From: an uncultured Anaerolineaceae bacterium
GTDB taxonomy: Bacteria > Chloroflexota > Anaerolineae > 4572-78
Assembly (NCBI GenBank): GCA_964570315.1
Contig: CAZMXX010000002.1
Span: 1-38,505 of the forward strand
Length of the DNA: 38,505 bases
Direction: 5' to 3'
Each line of letters starts with the position of its first letter. Positions within the stretch are counted from its first letter, which is position 1. Shown one piece after another: positions 16,694 through 26,508 of this stretch. The notes beneath the pieces are model-generated. The model ran no database searches, was not told the DNA's origin, and worked only from the letters and a program-made list of their open reading frames with translations. Both the position numbers and the translations under genes were made by a program.

Positions 16694-17701
16694 ATGAACG
16701 TGACATGCAATATATCCGCTCAAGCCTTTGATGATTTGGCTGAAGCGTGGAACGATTTGATGGGGCGTGCAGTATCCGCCCCGATTTTTATGACCGTTGA
16801 ATACCAGAAAATCTGGTGGCAGCATTTTGGAAATGACAATCTGCGGCTCATCACCGTGCGCGCCGATGATGGCACACTGATGGGCATTGCGCCCCTGTTT
16901 GTGGATGGGGATGCCCTGCATTTTGTGGGCTGTGTGGATGTCTCGGACTATCTGGATTTTCTGATTGACCGCGACCACATCGCCGAAACATACGCCGCCA
17001 TTGTGGATTACCTTGCCACAAATTTGGCGGACGAATGGCGCACCGCCTACTTTTGCAGTCTCGCCTGCCATTCCATCACCCCAAAAATATTGGCGGAACT
17101 CATCCCCGCCCGTGGCTGGACGACTTCTACCGCGGTGGAAGAGGTGTGTCCCGTCATCACTTTGCCGGGCAGTTGGGATGAATATCTGGCGGGGATTGCC
17201 AAAAAACAGCGGCACGAGATTCGGCGGAAATTGCGCCGTGTTGAAACCACCGCCGATGTGCGCTGGCGAGTCCTGCAATCGCCGGAAGAGGTGACCGATG
17301 CCGAGATTGACACGTTCATCTCTTTGCATCGCAAATCGGCGGCGGAAAAAGATCAGTTTTGGGACGACAAAAAGTTGACCTTCTTCCGCGCCATCATCAA
17401 AAAATTTGCCGAAATGGGCTGGCTGAAATTCTACTTTCTGGATATCAATGAAGTTTCGGCGGCAGCGCTCCTCTGTTTCGATTACCGGAATGAAATATTG
17501 GTTTACAATTCCGGATATGATGTGGAAATGTTTGGACAGTTCAGCCCCGGTATTGTCATCATCAGCTATTCCATTCGGCACGCCATAGAATTGAACCGTC
17601 CCCGCTACGATTTTCTGCGGGGGGATGAAGTTTACAAATTCCGTTTCGGAGCGGTGGCAGAAGATGTTTTCGGGGTGAGCATCACCAAAGGTGACGCATG
17701 A
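16694..17701 (+). CDS. CelD/BcsL-like GNAT-fold acyltransferase (Acetyltransf_6 / FemABX-like family)
   Basis: Central WDEYLAGIAKKQRHEIRRKLRR segment and C-terminal YNSGYD...SPG...YDFLRGDEVYKFRFGA, typical of this family (from memory). Confidence 0.7.
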   Translation: MNVTCNISAQAFDDLAEAWNDLMGRAVSAPIFMTVEYQKIWWQHFGNDNLRLITVRADDGTLMGIAPLFVDGDALHFVGCVDVSDYLDFLIDRDHIAETYAAIVDYLATNLADEWRTAYFCSLACHSITPKILAELIPARGWTTSTAVEEVCPVITLPGSWDEYLAGIAKKQRHEIRRKLRRVETTADVRWRVLQSPEEVTDAEIDTFISLHRKSAAEKDQFWDDKKLTFFRAIIKKFAEMGWLKFYFLDINEVSAAALLCFDYRNEILVYNSGYDVEMFGQFSPGIVIISYSIRHAIELNRPRYDFLRGDEVYKFRFGAVAEDVFGVSITKGDA

Positions 17702-18990
17702 TTCGGCGGGTGGCGATGCTCAGTGTGCATACCTGCCCGCTGGCAATGTTGGGGGGGAAGGAAACGGGGGGCATGAATGTGTATGTGCGGGAACTGTCCG
17801 CCGCACTTGACCGGCGAGGGGTGACGGTGGATGTGTTCACCCGCGCGCAGGAACCGGGCACGCCGGTGGTGCATGGGGTGCTCGGCGAGCGAAGCCGGGT
17901 GATTCACATCCCCGCCGGACCGGAACGCCCGTACAGCAAGCACAAAGTTTACGACCACCTGCCTGAATTTGTGGAAGGCGTTCGCGCCCGCGCGGTGCGC
18001 GAAAATCTGCACTACGACATCATCCACAGCCATTATTGGCTTTCCGGATTGGCGGCGCAACGCTTGCAGGATATTTGGGGCGGCACGCCCATCGTGCAGA
18101 TGTTTCACACGTTGGGGGAAATGAAAAACCGGGTGGCGCAAACAAACGAAGAACGGGAGTCCGATTTTCGCATCCGGTCGGAAGGGGAAATCATGCGTTT
18201 TGCCGATCGGCTCATTGCCGCCACGCCCGTGGAACAGCACGATTTGGTGTCGCTGTACGGCGCCGACCCCGCCAACATCGCCGTCATTCCGCCGGGGGTG
18301 AACCTGAACCTCTTCCAGCCCGTGCCGCGCCCTGAAGCCCGCCGCCGCATCGGTGTGCCGCCCGACCACAAAGTGATTCTGTTCGTGGGGCGCATTCAGC
18401 CCCTCAAAGGCATTGATTGCCTGATTCGGGCGATGGCGCTGGTGCTGAAACATAATCCGGAATTTAGACACCAGATGTGCATCAGCATCATCGGGGGCAA
18501 CCCGCACGCCACTTCCGGCGAAGAACAGCGCGAAATGCGCCGCCTGTATAGCCTGAAAGAAGCGCTCGGCGTGGGCGATTTGGTCACATTTCTGGGCGCG
18601 AAAAATCAAGATACGCTGGTTAACTATTATTCCGCCGCGCAAATGGTGGTCATGCCGTCCCATTATGAATCGTTCGGGATGGTGGCGGTGGAGGCTATGG
18701 CGTGCCGCACGCCGGTCATCGCCTCCGATGTGGGCGGGCTGACCTACACCGTGCAGGATGGCTTCAACGGCTATCTGGTTCCCAAAAAAGACGTCCGCGC
18801 ACTGGCGGAAAAAATCACCCTGCTGCTGAAATACAATCATCTGCGCGACCATCTGGGCGAGCAGGCGCGGCGTTGGGTGGAGCGGTTTCGCTGGGAGTAT
18901 ATCGCCGAGCAGATGCTGGCAGTTTATGAAAACACACTGACCCAACGCCCGAATTTTGTCGCTGCCCCGATGATGCAATTGGAGGAATGA
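17698..18990 (+). CDS. GT4 glycosyltransferase, MshA-like
   Basis: N-terminus RRVAMLSVHTCPLAMLGGKETGGMNVYVRELS resembles MshA-type enzymes. EX7E motif ESFGMVAVE is present. The start overlaps the upstream stop (ATGA). Confidence 0.8.
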   Translation: MIRRVAMLSVHTCPLAMLGGKETGGMNVYVRELSAALDRRGVTVDVFTRAQEPGTPVVHGVLGERSRVIHIPAGPERPYSKHKVYDHLPEFVEGVRARAVRENLHYDIIHSHYWLSGLAAQRLQDIWGGTPIVQMFHTLGEMKNRVAQTNEERESDFRIRSEGEIMRFADRLIAATPVEQHDLVSLYGADPANIAVIPPGVNLNLFQPVPRPEARRRIGVPPDHKVILFVGRIQPLKGIDCLIRAMALVLKHNPEFRHQMCISIIGGNPHATSGEEQREMRRLYSLKEALGVGDLVTFLGAKNQDTLVNYYSAAQMVVMPSHYESFGMVAVEAMACRTPVIASDVGGLTYTVQDGFNGYLVPKKDVRALAEKITLLLKYNHLRDHLGEQARRWVERFRWEYIAEQMLAVYENTLTQRPNFVAAPMMQLEE

Positions 18991-20003
18991 TGGACAATCC
19001 CACCGCCACAACCATCGCCACGTATGACCAAATTGCAGAAAATTACGCCGCCCGCTGGCATAAAACCCTTTTAAAGGATGAGCTTGACCGCTTTTTGAGC
19101 TATCTCAAACCCGGCGGGTTGATTCTGGACATCGGGTGTGGCACGGGGCGAGATGTGGCGGAGTTTTCGCGGCGGGGCTTCCGCGCGGTGGGGGTGGATC
19201 GCTCGGCGGCGATGCTGAAGGTTGCGGCGCAGGCGGGCGTGACCTCGCTGGTGCTGGCGGATTCGCGGCGGTTGCCCTTTGCCAAAGACGTGTTCGCCGG
19301 CGAATGGGCGTGCGCCTCGCTGTTGCATCTGCCCAAAGCCGATTTTCCCGTTGCGCTGCGGGAAATCAACCGGACATTGCGGCACGGGCATGTGTATCTC
19401 AGCCTGAAAAAGGGGGATGCCGAAACGTGGCGCGAGGATTACGGACACCCCCGTTTTTACGCGCTTTATCATCCCGCCGAAGTGGAATTGGCGTTGGAAC
19501 GGTGCGGATTTCACGTGCTGGACGTGCGGGTATCCGGCGATGCCATCGGGCGTGATTTGCGCTGGATTAATGTCATCGGCTGGACAAAACTGGAGACCCC
19601 GCGCGTGGGCGCATGCACCGTCATTTTCGATGACCGGGGTAGGGTGCTCCTCACCCGCCGCGCCGATAACGGCAAATGGTGCATCCCCGGCGGGCATATG
19701 GACATGGATGAGTCCATCGAGCAGACTGCCATCCGCGAAGCGAAAGAAGAAACCGGGCTGGATGTGGCGATTGAACAGCAGAGCGGCATGTACTCGGTGG
19801 TGTATCCCGCGCACCTTTTCCCGGAGCGAAAATCGCGTCAGGTTTTCATTGTGGCGTTTCGGTGCAGAATTCTGGGCGGCGAACTGACTCTCAATGAAGA
19901 AGTGACCGAATTCGGCTGGTTTGACCCGCAAAATTTGCCGGATGACCTGCTGGTACACCATACGAAACGCATTTTCGATGCCGCAGAGCAAATTCGGCGG
20001 TGA
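18987..20003 (+). CDS. Fusion protein: class I SAM-dependent methyltransferase (N) plus Nudix hydrolase (C)
   Basis: SAM motif I ILDIGCGTGRD. Complete Nudix box GGHMDMDESIEQTAIREAKEETGL. The start overlaps the upstream stop (ATGA). Confidence 0.8.
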   Translation: MMDNPTATTIATYDQIAENYAARWHKTLLKDELDRFLSYLKPGGLILDIGCGTGRDVAEFSRRGFRAVGVDRSAAMLKVAAQAGVTSLVLADSRRLPFAKDVFAGEWACASLLHLPKADFPVALREINRTLRHGHVYLSLKKGDAETWREDYGHPRFYALYHPAEVELALERCGFHVLDVRVSGDAIGRDLRWINVIGWTKLETPRVGACTVIFDDRGRVLLTRRADNGKWCIPGGHMDMDESIEQTAIREAKEETGLDVAIEQQSGMYSVVYPAHLFPERKSRQVFIVAFRCRILGGELTLNEEVTEFGWFDPQNLPDDLLVHHTKRIFDAAEQIRR

Positions 20004-20008
20004 AAAAC

Positions 20009-20038
20009 TTGCCAAACACTTCGCCATTGTGGTATAAT
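20009..20038 (+). promoter_or_regulatory. Extended -10 promoter candidate upstream of nusA
   Basis: TTGCCA (20009-20014), 18 nt, TGgTATAAT (20030-20038). Confidence 0.45.
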
Positions 20039-20066
20039 CTCGGCACGTTAAAGATAGCTCTGGACA

Positions 20067-20096
20067 AAAAGTGGGCAACCCCCACTTTTCTTTTTG
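20067..20096 (+). terminator. Hairpin plus U-tract: either the terminator of the upstream operon or an attenuator in the nusA leader
   Basis: AAAAGTGGG-CAACC-CCCACTTTT followed by CTTTTTG. Confidence 0.6.
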
Positions 20097-20154
20097 CCCA
20101 GCAGTATTGCAAAAACAGGTGTATGGTTTGTAGGTGTAGGAGGCTTGTTTCATC

Positions 20155-21969
20155 ATGAAGAATGATTTCATGGTGGCGATCAATCAGGTGTGCCATGAAC
20201 GGCAATTGCCTGTTGAAATCGTGCTAGAAGCAGTAGAAGTTGCGTTGGTATCTGCATATAAACGTAATTACGGCGGGAATTCCATTTCCGCCAACATAGA
20301 TCAGGTCACGGGCGCGCTGTCAATTTTTGTTGAAAAAGAAGTTGTCGAAGAAGTGCTTGACCCCAAAAACGAAATTTCGCTGGAAGAAGCCCGGGAAATC
20401 GACCCGGAAGCGGATTTTGGTGATGTGGTGAAGGTTGAAAGCACGCCCGCAGACTTCGGGCGGATTGCGGCGCAGACCACCAAACAGGTGGTGTTGCAGC
20501 GCATCCGAGAGGCAGAACGCGACGCATTGTACCTTTCATATGCAGAACGTGAAGGGGAAATTGTGAACGGCACGGTGCAGAAAGTAGACCAGCATCAGGC
20601 AATCATTTCGCTGGGGAAAGTGGAAGCCTTCCTGCCACGTTCCGAGCAAATTCCCACCGAGCGATACTCGGAGGGGCAGCGTTTGCGCGCTTATGTGGCG
20701 CAAGTGAACAAAACCCCGCGCGGACCGCAAATCATCGTCTCCCGCACCCATCGCAATTTTTTGCGGCGTTTGCTGGAAGTGGAAGTGCCGGAAATTTACA
20801 ACGGCACGGTTGAAATCAAGTCCATCGCCCGTGAAGCCGGATACCGTTCCAAAGTGGCGGTGGCGGCATTGCAAGAGGGCGTTGACCCCGTTGGGTCATG
20901 CGTGGGGATGCGCGGCGTGCGCATTCAAAGTATCGTCAACGAATTAAATGGCGAGAAAATTGATGTGGCGGAGTGGAGTCCATTGATGCCCACCTTCATC
21001 TCCAATGCGCTGAGTCCCGCAAAAGTGCTGAACGTGAGTTTGCTGGACGCCATCACCGGCGATAAAACCGCGATGGTGGTGGTGCCGGATCGGCAGCTCT
21101 CGCTGGCGATTGGCAAAGAAGGGCAGAACGCCCGGCTGGCGGCGAAGCTCACCGGCTGGCGCATCGACATCAAAAGCGCGATGGAAGCCGCACGGGAAGC
21201 CATCGCTCGCGCTTCCGCCTCGGAAGAAATCAAAGCGCGGGTGTCGGGTCGCCCCGAAATCTTCTCGCTGGTCTCGTCCATCCTTTCCGAGCAGGAAGAC
21301 GGCAGCGAACTTTCCGGCGGGGAATTGAACCTGTTGGGTGAAGCCATCGATTTGGTCATGAAAGCCGAAGTTGCCATTGCCCGCGAAAAACAGGAAGCGG
21401 AACGTGCCGCGCGGATGCAAGCCCTCGCCGAACAATCGAAAAACCTGTTGGCGGATGCGGAAGCCATTTTGGCGGCAACCGCGCCGGAAGAATCCGAAGA
21501 AGATGCGGGCGCGGAAGAAGTGTCCGCGCCGGTGGCAGATGAGCCGGTGGAAGCCGTCGCCGAAGTGGATGCCGTGGCAGAAGAAACGGTCGCTGTTGAA
21601 GCGGAAACCGTGGAAGCCGTCGCCGCCGAAGCGGATGTGCCGGTGGCGGAAGAACCCGCCGAAGAAACGCCGGTGGTCGCCGAAGCGGAAACAGTCGCGC
21701 CGCCGGTTGACCCGGATGCGCCGCTGGCGTCGGTGTTGGAATCGGTTGTTGCGCCGAAGAAACCGAAAAAGAAACCCAAGAAACGCCTCAAAGCTATGCT
21801 GGTGGATGAAGATTCAAAGGTTGACCTCATCCCGCAGCCGCCCGCCACTGTGAAAAAGAAAGCGAAAAAGACGCGCCGCTCGAAGCACGACGACCTTTCC
21901 CGTTTGCGGGGTAAGCGTCTGGATGCCGGCGAGGACGATTGGGAAGAATTCGACGAGCTGGAGTATTAA
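20155..21969 (+). CDS. nusA: Transcription termination/antitermination factor NusA with a long low-complexity C-terminal tail
   Basis: N-terminal domain, S1 and two KH domains ([41 protein letters not shown]; GMRGVRIQ; [23 protein letters not shown]). About 260 further residues follow. Confidence 0.9.
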   Translation: MKNDFMVAINQVCHERQLPVEIVLEAVEVALVSAYKRNYGGNSISANIDQVTGALSIFVEKEVVEEVLDPKNEISLEEAREIDPEADFGDVVKVESTPADFGRIAAQTTKQVVLQRIREAERDALYLSYAEREGEIVNGTVQKVDQHQAIISLGKVEAFLPRSEQIPTERYSEGQRLRAYVAQVNKTPRGPQIIVSRTHRNFLRRLLEVEVPEIYNGTVEIKSIAREAGYRSKVAVAALQEGVDPVGSCVGMRGVRIQSIVNELNGEKIDVAEWSPLMPTFISNALSPAKVLNVSLLDAITGDKTAMVVVPDRQLSLAIGKEGQNARLAAKLTGWRIDIKSAMEAAREAIARASASEEIKARVSGRPEIFSLVSSILSEQEDGSELSGGELNLLGEAIDLVMKAEVAIAREKQEAERAARMQALAEQSKNLLADAEAILAATAPEESEEDAGAEEVSAPVADEPVEAVAEVDAVAEETVAVEAETVEAVAAEADVPVAEEPAEETPVVAEAETVAPPVDPDAPLASVLESVVAPKKPKKKPKKRLKAMLVDEDSKVDLIPQPPATVKKKAKKTRRSKHDDLSRLRGKRLDAGEDDWEEFDELEY

Positions 21970-21989
21970 TCAGCAGGTGTGAGGGAAAC

Positions 21990-22277
21990 ATGTCCGCACG
22001 AAAAAAACATGTGCCGCAACGCACATGTATCGCTTGCCGACAAGTGAAAGAAAAACGGGAATTGATTCGCGTTGTTCGCACCCCTGAAAAAACCGTAAAA
22101 ATTGATGCAACCGGAAAAGCCGCGGGTCGAGGCGCATATATGTGCCAAAATCCAACCTGCTGGGAAACAGCTTTGCAGCGGGGCGCGCTGGCGCGGGCAT
22201 TAAAAACCGAAATATCACACGAGGACTTAGCGGCATTGCAGACGTTTGCCGCCAACCTCGCCGGCGTAAAAGAGTGA
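21990..22277 (+). CDS. ylxR: YlxR/RnpM-family (DUF448) RNA-binding protein
   Basis: Shows PQRTCIACRQVKEKRELIRVV and GRGAYMC motifs in the classic position after nusA. ATG 21990 is preceded by GAGGGA. Confidence 0.8.
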   Translation: MSARKKHVPQRTCIACRQVKEKRELIRVVRTPEKTVKIDATGKAAGRGAYMCQNPTCWETALQRGALARALKTEISHEDLAALQTFAANLAGVKE

Positions 22278-22489
22278 TGAACAATTGTTACGCACAATGC
22301 CTTTGCAGAGGGCAAAATGAATAAGCGCCGTATGCAGCACGCGGGGAGTTTACCGATGAACCGGTAATATTCCTCTGAAAAATCGTTGTATTCCCCGCAG
22401 TTCCCCTCCGCTTTGGCTGTGTTCATCCCGGAAATAACGGTTGTATGCTTCGGCATATAACGAAACATGTAAGGTGTAAAAGGTGAACT

Positions 22490-24277
22490 ATGACAGCAGA
22501 AGCACTTAAAACCATCGAAATTCCGCCCCAACTAACTGTTCGTGAATTGGCAACAGAATTAGATGTCAGCCCGATTGCCGTCATCAAAGAATTGATGAAC
22601 AATGGCATCATGGCGTCCATCAACCAGCCCATTGATTTTGATACCGCCGCCATCGTGGGCGAGGAAATGGGCTTCGAGATTGTCCCGGTGCAGGAAGAAG
22701 AACCGGAACCGGCGGCAGAACTGGAAAAACAGGTTAGTCTGCGTCATCAGTTTCTTGAAAACGAAGACCCCGCCAACCTTGAACCGCGCCCGCCGGTTGT
22801 GACCATTCTGGGGCACGTTGACCACGGCAAAACAACCCTGCTCGACACCATCCGCCATACCAGTGTGGTGAGCGGCGAAGCGGGCGGCATCACCCAGCAC
22901 ATCGGTTCATATCAGGTGGACGTCGGCGGCAAAAAAATTACGTTTTTGGACACCCCCGGTCATGAAGCTTTCACCGCAATGCGTGCGCGGGGGGCAATGG
23001 TCACCGATTTGGTGATTTTGATTGTCGCCGCCGATGACGGCGTGATGCCCCAAACCAAAGAAGCCATCGGACATGCACGCGCCGCCGGTGTGCCCATCAT
23101 TGTTGCCATCAACAAAATTGATAAAGCCAATGCCAACGTGGAAAAAGTGAAGCAGGATTTGGCAAACGAAGGACTCGTGCCGGAAGAGTGGGGTGGGGAA
23201 ACCATCTGCGTGCCGATATCCGCCCTGAACAATATCGGCATTGAAGACCTGCTGGAAAACGTTTTGCTGGCGACGGAAGTGGCGGAATTGAAAGCCAACC
23301 CGAATCGCCTCGCACAGGGCACGGTCATTGAAGGCAAGCTTGATGAAAAACGGGGCGTCGTGGCGAATCTGCTGATTCAAAACGGAACCCTCAATCAGGG
23401 AGACGTGGTCGTCATCGGCACGCATTATGGTCGCGCGCGCGCCATGTTCAACAGCCACGGACAGAAAATCAAAAAAGCCGGTCCCTCCGAACCCGTTTCA
23501 ATTTTGGGGATGTCCACCGTGCCGGAATCGGGTGAAATTTTTGAAGCGGTGAAAAACCGCAAAGCCGCCGAAGCGTTGGTGCAGGAACATTTGCAGCAGG
23601 CGGAACAATCGCAATCGAATGCCCGCGCCCCGATGAGTCTGGAAGACTTCCTGAGCCGTTTGGAAGGCGAATCGGTCAAACAACTGAACCTCATCATTAA
23701 AGCCGATGTACACGGTTCGCTCGAACCCATCATCAATTCCCTGAAGACACTGGGAGATGACCAACATAAAGTGCGGATTGTGTTGCAGGGAACCGGCAAC
23801 ATCTCCGAATCCGATGTAACGCTGGCGGTTGCCTCCAATGCGATTGTCATCGGATTCAACGTCAGTGTGGATGAAGGCGCTCGCCGCACCGCCGAACTGG
23901 AAAAAGTGGAAGTCCGCCTGTATCGGGTCATCTATAAACTCATTGAAGATGTTGATTTGGCATTGAAAGGGCTGTATGAGCCGGTGTATGAAGACCGCAT
24001 CATCGGACATGCGGAAGTGCGCGCCACCTTCAAAGTGGGCAAGCGGGTCATTGCCGGGTCGTACATCACCGCCGGAAAATTTACGCGCCATGCGCTGGTG
24101 CGAGTGGTGCGCAATCGGGAACTGATTCACACCGGCGAAATCGGCTCGCTGAAACGGTTCACGGAAGATGTGGAAGAAGTTGCCACCGGGTACGAATGTG
24201 GCATCGGTGTGGAAGGCTTCAACGATTTGCGCGAAGGCGACATTCTGGAGGCGTTCATCAAGGAACGAGTGAATTGA
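22490..24277 (+). CDS. infB: Translation initiation factor IF-2 (short N-terminus)
   Basis: G-domain motifs [20 protein letters not shown] and NKIDK, plus the C-terminal IF-2 domains. Total 595 aa. Confidence 0.95.
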   Translation: MTAEALKTIEIPPQLTVRELATELDVSPIAVIKELMNNGIMASINQPIDFDTAAIVGEEMGFEIVPVQEEEPEPAAELEKQVSLRHQFLENEDPANLEPRPPVVTILGHVDHGKTTLLDTIRHTSVVSGEAGGITQHIGSYQVDVGGKKITFLDTPGHEAFTAMRARGAMVTDLVILIVAADDGVMPQTKEAIGHARAAGVPIIVAINKIDKANANVEKVKQDLANEGLVPEEWGGETICVPISALNNIGIEDLLENVLLATEVAELKANPNRLAQGTVIEGKLDEKRGVVANLLIQNGTLNQGDVVVIGTHYGRARAMFNSHGQKIKKAGPSEPVSILGMSTVPESGEIFEAVKNRKAAEALVQEHLQQAEQSQSNARAPMSLEDFLSRLEGESVKQLNLIIKADVHGSLEPIINSLKTLGDDQHKVRIVLQGTGNISESDVTLAVASNAIVIGFNVSVDEGARRTAELEKVEVRLYRVIYKLIEDVDLALKGLYEPVYEDRIIGHAEVRATFKVGKRVIAGSYITAGKFTRHALVRVVRNRELIHTGEIGSLKRFTEDVEEVATGYECGIGVEGFNDLREGDILEAFIKERVN

Positions 24278-24280
24278 TTT

Positions 24281-24655
24281 ATGGCAACCAGACGGCAAAA
24301 ACGGGTTGCTGAGTTGATTCATCATGAACTCAGCAACCTGCTGACTTTTCAAACCCAAGACCCCCGCATCGGGTTTGTCACCATCACCGAGGTGGAAATC
24401 ACCTCGGATTTGAAAGCCGCCAAAGTGTACGTTTCCGTTTTTTCTGATGATGAACAGGAATCGTTGGCGGGCTTGGAAAGCGCCATCCCGTTTTTTCGGC
24501 GGGAACTGGCGCGAAAAATGCAGTTGCGATACACCCCCACCCTGAAATTCGAGGTTGACCGCTCGGTGGCGTATGGCAGCAAAATTGAAACGCTCCTCTC
24601 GGCAATTGATATTCCCCCGGAAGAGGATGACGCCATACCCGACGATGCCAACTAA
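24281..24655 (+). CDS. rbfA: Ribosome-binding factor A
   Basis: RVAELIHHELSNLL and PTLKFEVD motifs in 124 aa, in the conserved position after infB. Confidence 0.9.
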   Translation: MATRRQKRVAELIHHELSNLLTFQTQDPRIGFVTITEVEITSDLKAAKVYVSVFSDDEQESLAGLESAIPFFRRELARKMQLRYTPTLKFEVDRSVAYGSKIETLLSAIDIPPEEDDAIPDDAN

Positions 24656-25538
24656 ACCGCTTGCCGGAATTTTGAATATCAACAAACCCGCCGGACTCAC
24701 CTCGCATGACGTGGTGCAACGTGTCCGGCGGATTTTGGGTATCAAAAAAGTCGGGCATACCGGCACGCTCGACCCGCTCGCCACCGGCGTGCTGGTGGTC
24801 TGTGTGGGGCGCGCCACCCGTTTGATTGAATATATCGTGCCGGGTGAAAAGCAATATCGCGCCACCCTGAAGCTCGGCGAAACCACCAACACCTTCGACA
24901 GCGATGGCGACATCGTTGCCACTGCCGACCCCGCCCGCATCACCGAGGCGGATGTGCGGCAAGCCCTCGCCCGTTTTGTGGGCACGATTCAACAAGTGCC
25001 GCCCATTTATTCTGCCATCAAAAAAGACGGCACACCGCTGTACCGGCTGGCGCGACAGGGGCAATCCGTTTCCCCGCCACCGCGCACCGTCCATATTGCC
25101 GCCATTGACCTGCTCGCCTTTGAGCCGCCTTTCGTCACCATTCATGTCACCTGCGGCGCGGGCACATATATCCGCTCGCTGGCGCACGATGTGGGGCAAC
25201 TGCTGGCGGTGGGCGCACACCTCACCGAGTTGGTGCGCGTAGCCAACGGACAGTGGCACATTTCATCCGCTATGACCCTTGAAGATTTGACGCAAGCCGT
25301 GAATGCAGGCAAACTACAGGCGGTACTCATCCCGCCGGAAGCGGGGGTGACCCATCTGCCGCACCGACGGCTTTCCGCCGCCGAAAAACAGGCGGTGCTC
25401 AACGGACAGCGCATTGACGCAAATCAATCTTTCTCCTCCGATACAATTGTTGGGGTTGATGATACCGGGCATCTGGTGACAATACTCGCCCCGACGGATG
25501 ACCATCAGCTAAAACCCAAAAAAGTATTCCACCCATAA
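24645..25538 (+). CDS. truB: tRNA pseudouridine(55) synthase TruB
   Basis: GILNINKPAGLTSHDVV and the catalytic box KKVGHTGTLDPLATGVL. ATG 24645 overlaps the rbfA end by 11 nt. Confidence 0.9.
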   Translation: MPTKPLAGILNINKPAGLTSHDVVQRVRRILGIKKVGHTGTLDPLATGVLVVCVGRATRLIEYIVPGEKQYRATLKLGETTNTFDSDGDIVATADPARITEADVRQALARFVGTIQQVPPIYSAIKKDGTPLYRLARQGQSVSPPPRTVHIAAIDLLAFEPPFVTIHVTCGAGTYIRSLAHDVGQLLAVGAHLTELVRVANGQWHISSAMTLEDLTQAVNAGKLQAVLIPPEAGVTHLPHRRLSAAEKQAVLNGQRIDANQSFSSDTIVGVDDTGHLVTILAPTDDHQLKPKKVFHP

Positions 25539-25554
25539 AAATAGTGTGACCTTT

Positions 25555-26505
25555 ATGCAAATCATTCGCAATTTACCCTTGCAACACCCGCTTGATAATC
25601 GCGCAACCATCCTCACCATCGGCTCGTATGATGGCATCCATCGGGGGCACAAACGCATTATTTCCGAACTCAAAATAACGGCGGAAAAACACAATGCCCG
25701 CACTGTGATGGTAACTTTTTTCCCCCGCCCGAAAGTGGTGTTGGGGAAAACGGAATCGGAGCACGATTACCTGACCACCGTCCCCGAAAAATTATGGCTG
25801 CTGGAAAAGTTGGGGCTGGATATTGTGGCGTTGTTGCCATTCACGCCGGAATTTGCCCGTACCCCGGCAGAGGAATTTATTCGACAATTGGTGCATGATT
25901 TCCATCCGCTGGCGTTGTGGGTGGGACCTGACTTCAAATTGGGGAAGGGACGCGCGGGGGATATTCCCAGTTTGCGGGAGATGGGGCAGGAATTGGGCTA
26001 CACCGTCAATGTGGTGGATGTGCAAATTGCCGACAATCAGGTGATTTCTTCCACCCGTATTCGCGCTGCAATGGCAGAGGGAAATGTCCGTGAAGTGACC
26101 CGCCTGCTGGGGGCATATCCGTTTTTGCAGGGGGAAGTTCTGCACGGCGCAAAACGGGGGCGCACCATCGGATTCCCCACCGCGAACATCGCCGTGCCGC
26201 CCGAAAAACTTCTGCCCGCCAATGGCGTGTATGCCGTATGGGCGCACGTGAACGGGGTGATGCATCCGGCGGTTGCCAACATCGGCGTGCGACCCACATT
26301 CAATGAATCGGAGCGCGCGGTGGAAGTCCATATCTTCGATTTCGCGGAAAATATTTACGGCAAACAAATGCACGTCGAATGGGTGGAGCGCCTGCGCGCC
26401 GAGCAGAAATTCGATGGTGTGGACGCCCTGATGGCGCAAATCTCGCGGGATGTGACGCGCGCGAAAACCATTCTGGCAACGGAAACGCCGCGCGGCAGCT
26501 ATTAA
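25555..26505 (+). CDS. ribF: Bifunctional riboflavin kinase / FMN adenylyltransferase
   Basis: GSYDGIHRGH, GFPTANI, RPTF and E..IFDF motifs. Alternative GTG start at 25546. Confidence 0.9.
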   Translation: MQIIRNLPLQHPLDNRATILTIGSYDGIHRGHKRIISELKITAEKHNARTVMVTFFPRPKVVLGKTESEHDYLTTVPEKLWLLEKLGLDIVALLPFTPEFARTPAEEFIRQLVHDFHPLALWVGPDFKLGKGRAGDIPSLREMGQELGYTVNVVDVQIADNQVISSTRIRAAMAEGNVREVTRLLGAYPFLQGEVLHGAKRGRTIGFPTANIAVPPEKLLPANGVYAVWAHVNGVMHPAVANIGVRPTFNESERAVEVHIFDFAENIYGKQMHVEWVERLRAEQKFDGVDALMAQISRDVTRAKTILATETPRGSY

Positions 26506-26508
26506 TTT

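Noticed and set aside
17632-20183. Long antisense ORFs (17632-19011, 459 aa; 19071-20183, 370 aa) opposite the GT4 and MT-Nudix genes
   Set aside because: Same reasoning applies. The plus-strand products have clear catalytic motifs, and the minus-strand translations are low-complexity Arg/His/Gly/Pro-rich.
20925-21848. 307-aa Ser/Ala/Thr-rich ORF antisense to the nusA tail
   Set aside because: It is the complement of the Glu/Ala/Val-rich NusA extension. It is a low-complexity mirror product, not independent evidence for a gene.
22277-22324. 15-codon Cys-rich mini-ORF (MNNCYAQCLCRGQNE) overlapping the ylxR stop (TGATG)
   Set aside because: It is too short, with no RBS or conservation evidence available to me. 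It is likely chance.
22330-22470. Possible remnant of an L7Ae-like ylxQ gene (minus-strand NTAK...C...YY resembles part of YlxQ)
   Set aside because: The match is only about 4-6 residues. It is on the wrong strand for the operon and belongs to a long shadow ORF that continues through ylxR.
23498-24985. 495-aa ORF antisense to infB, rbfA and truB
   Set aside because: It spans three well-supported sense genes and their junctions, which a real gene would not do. No motif was recognised.
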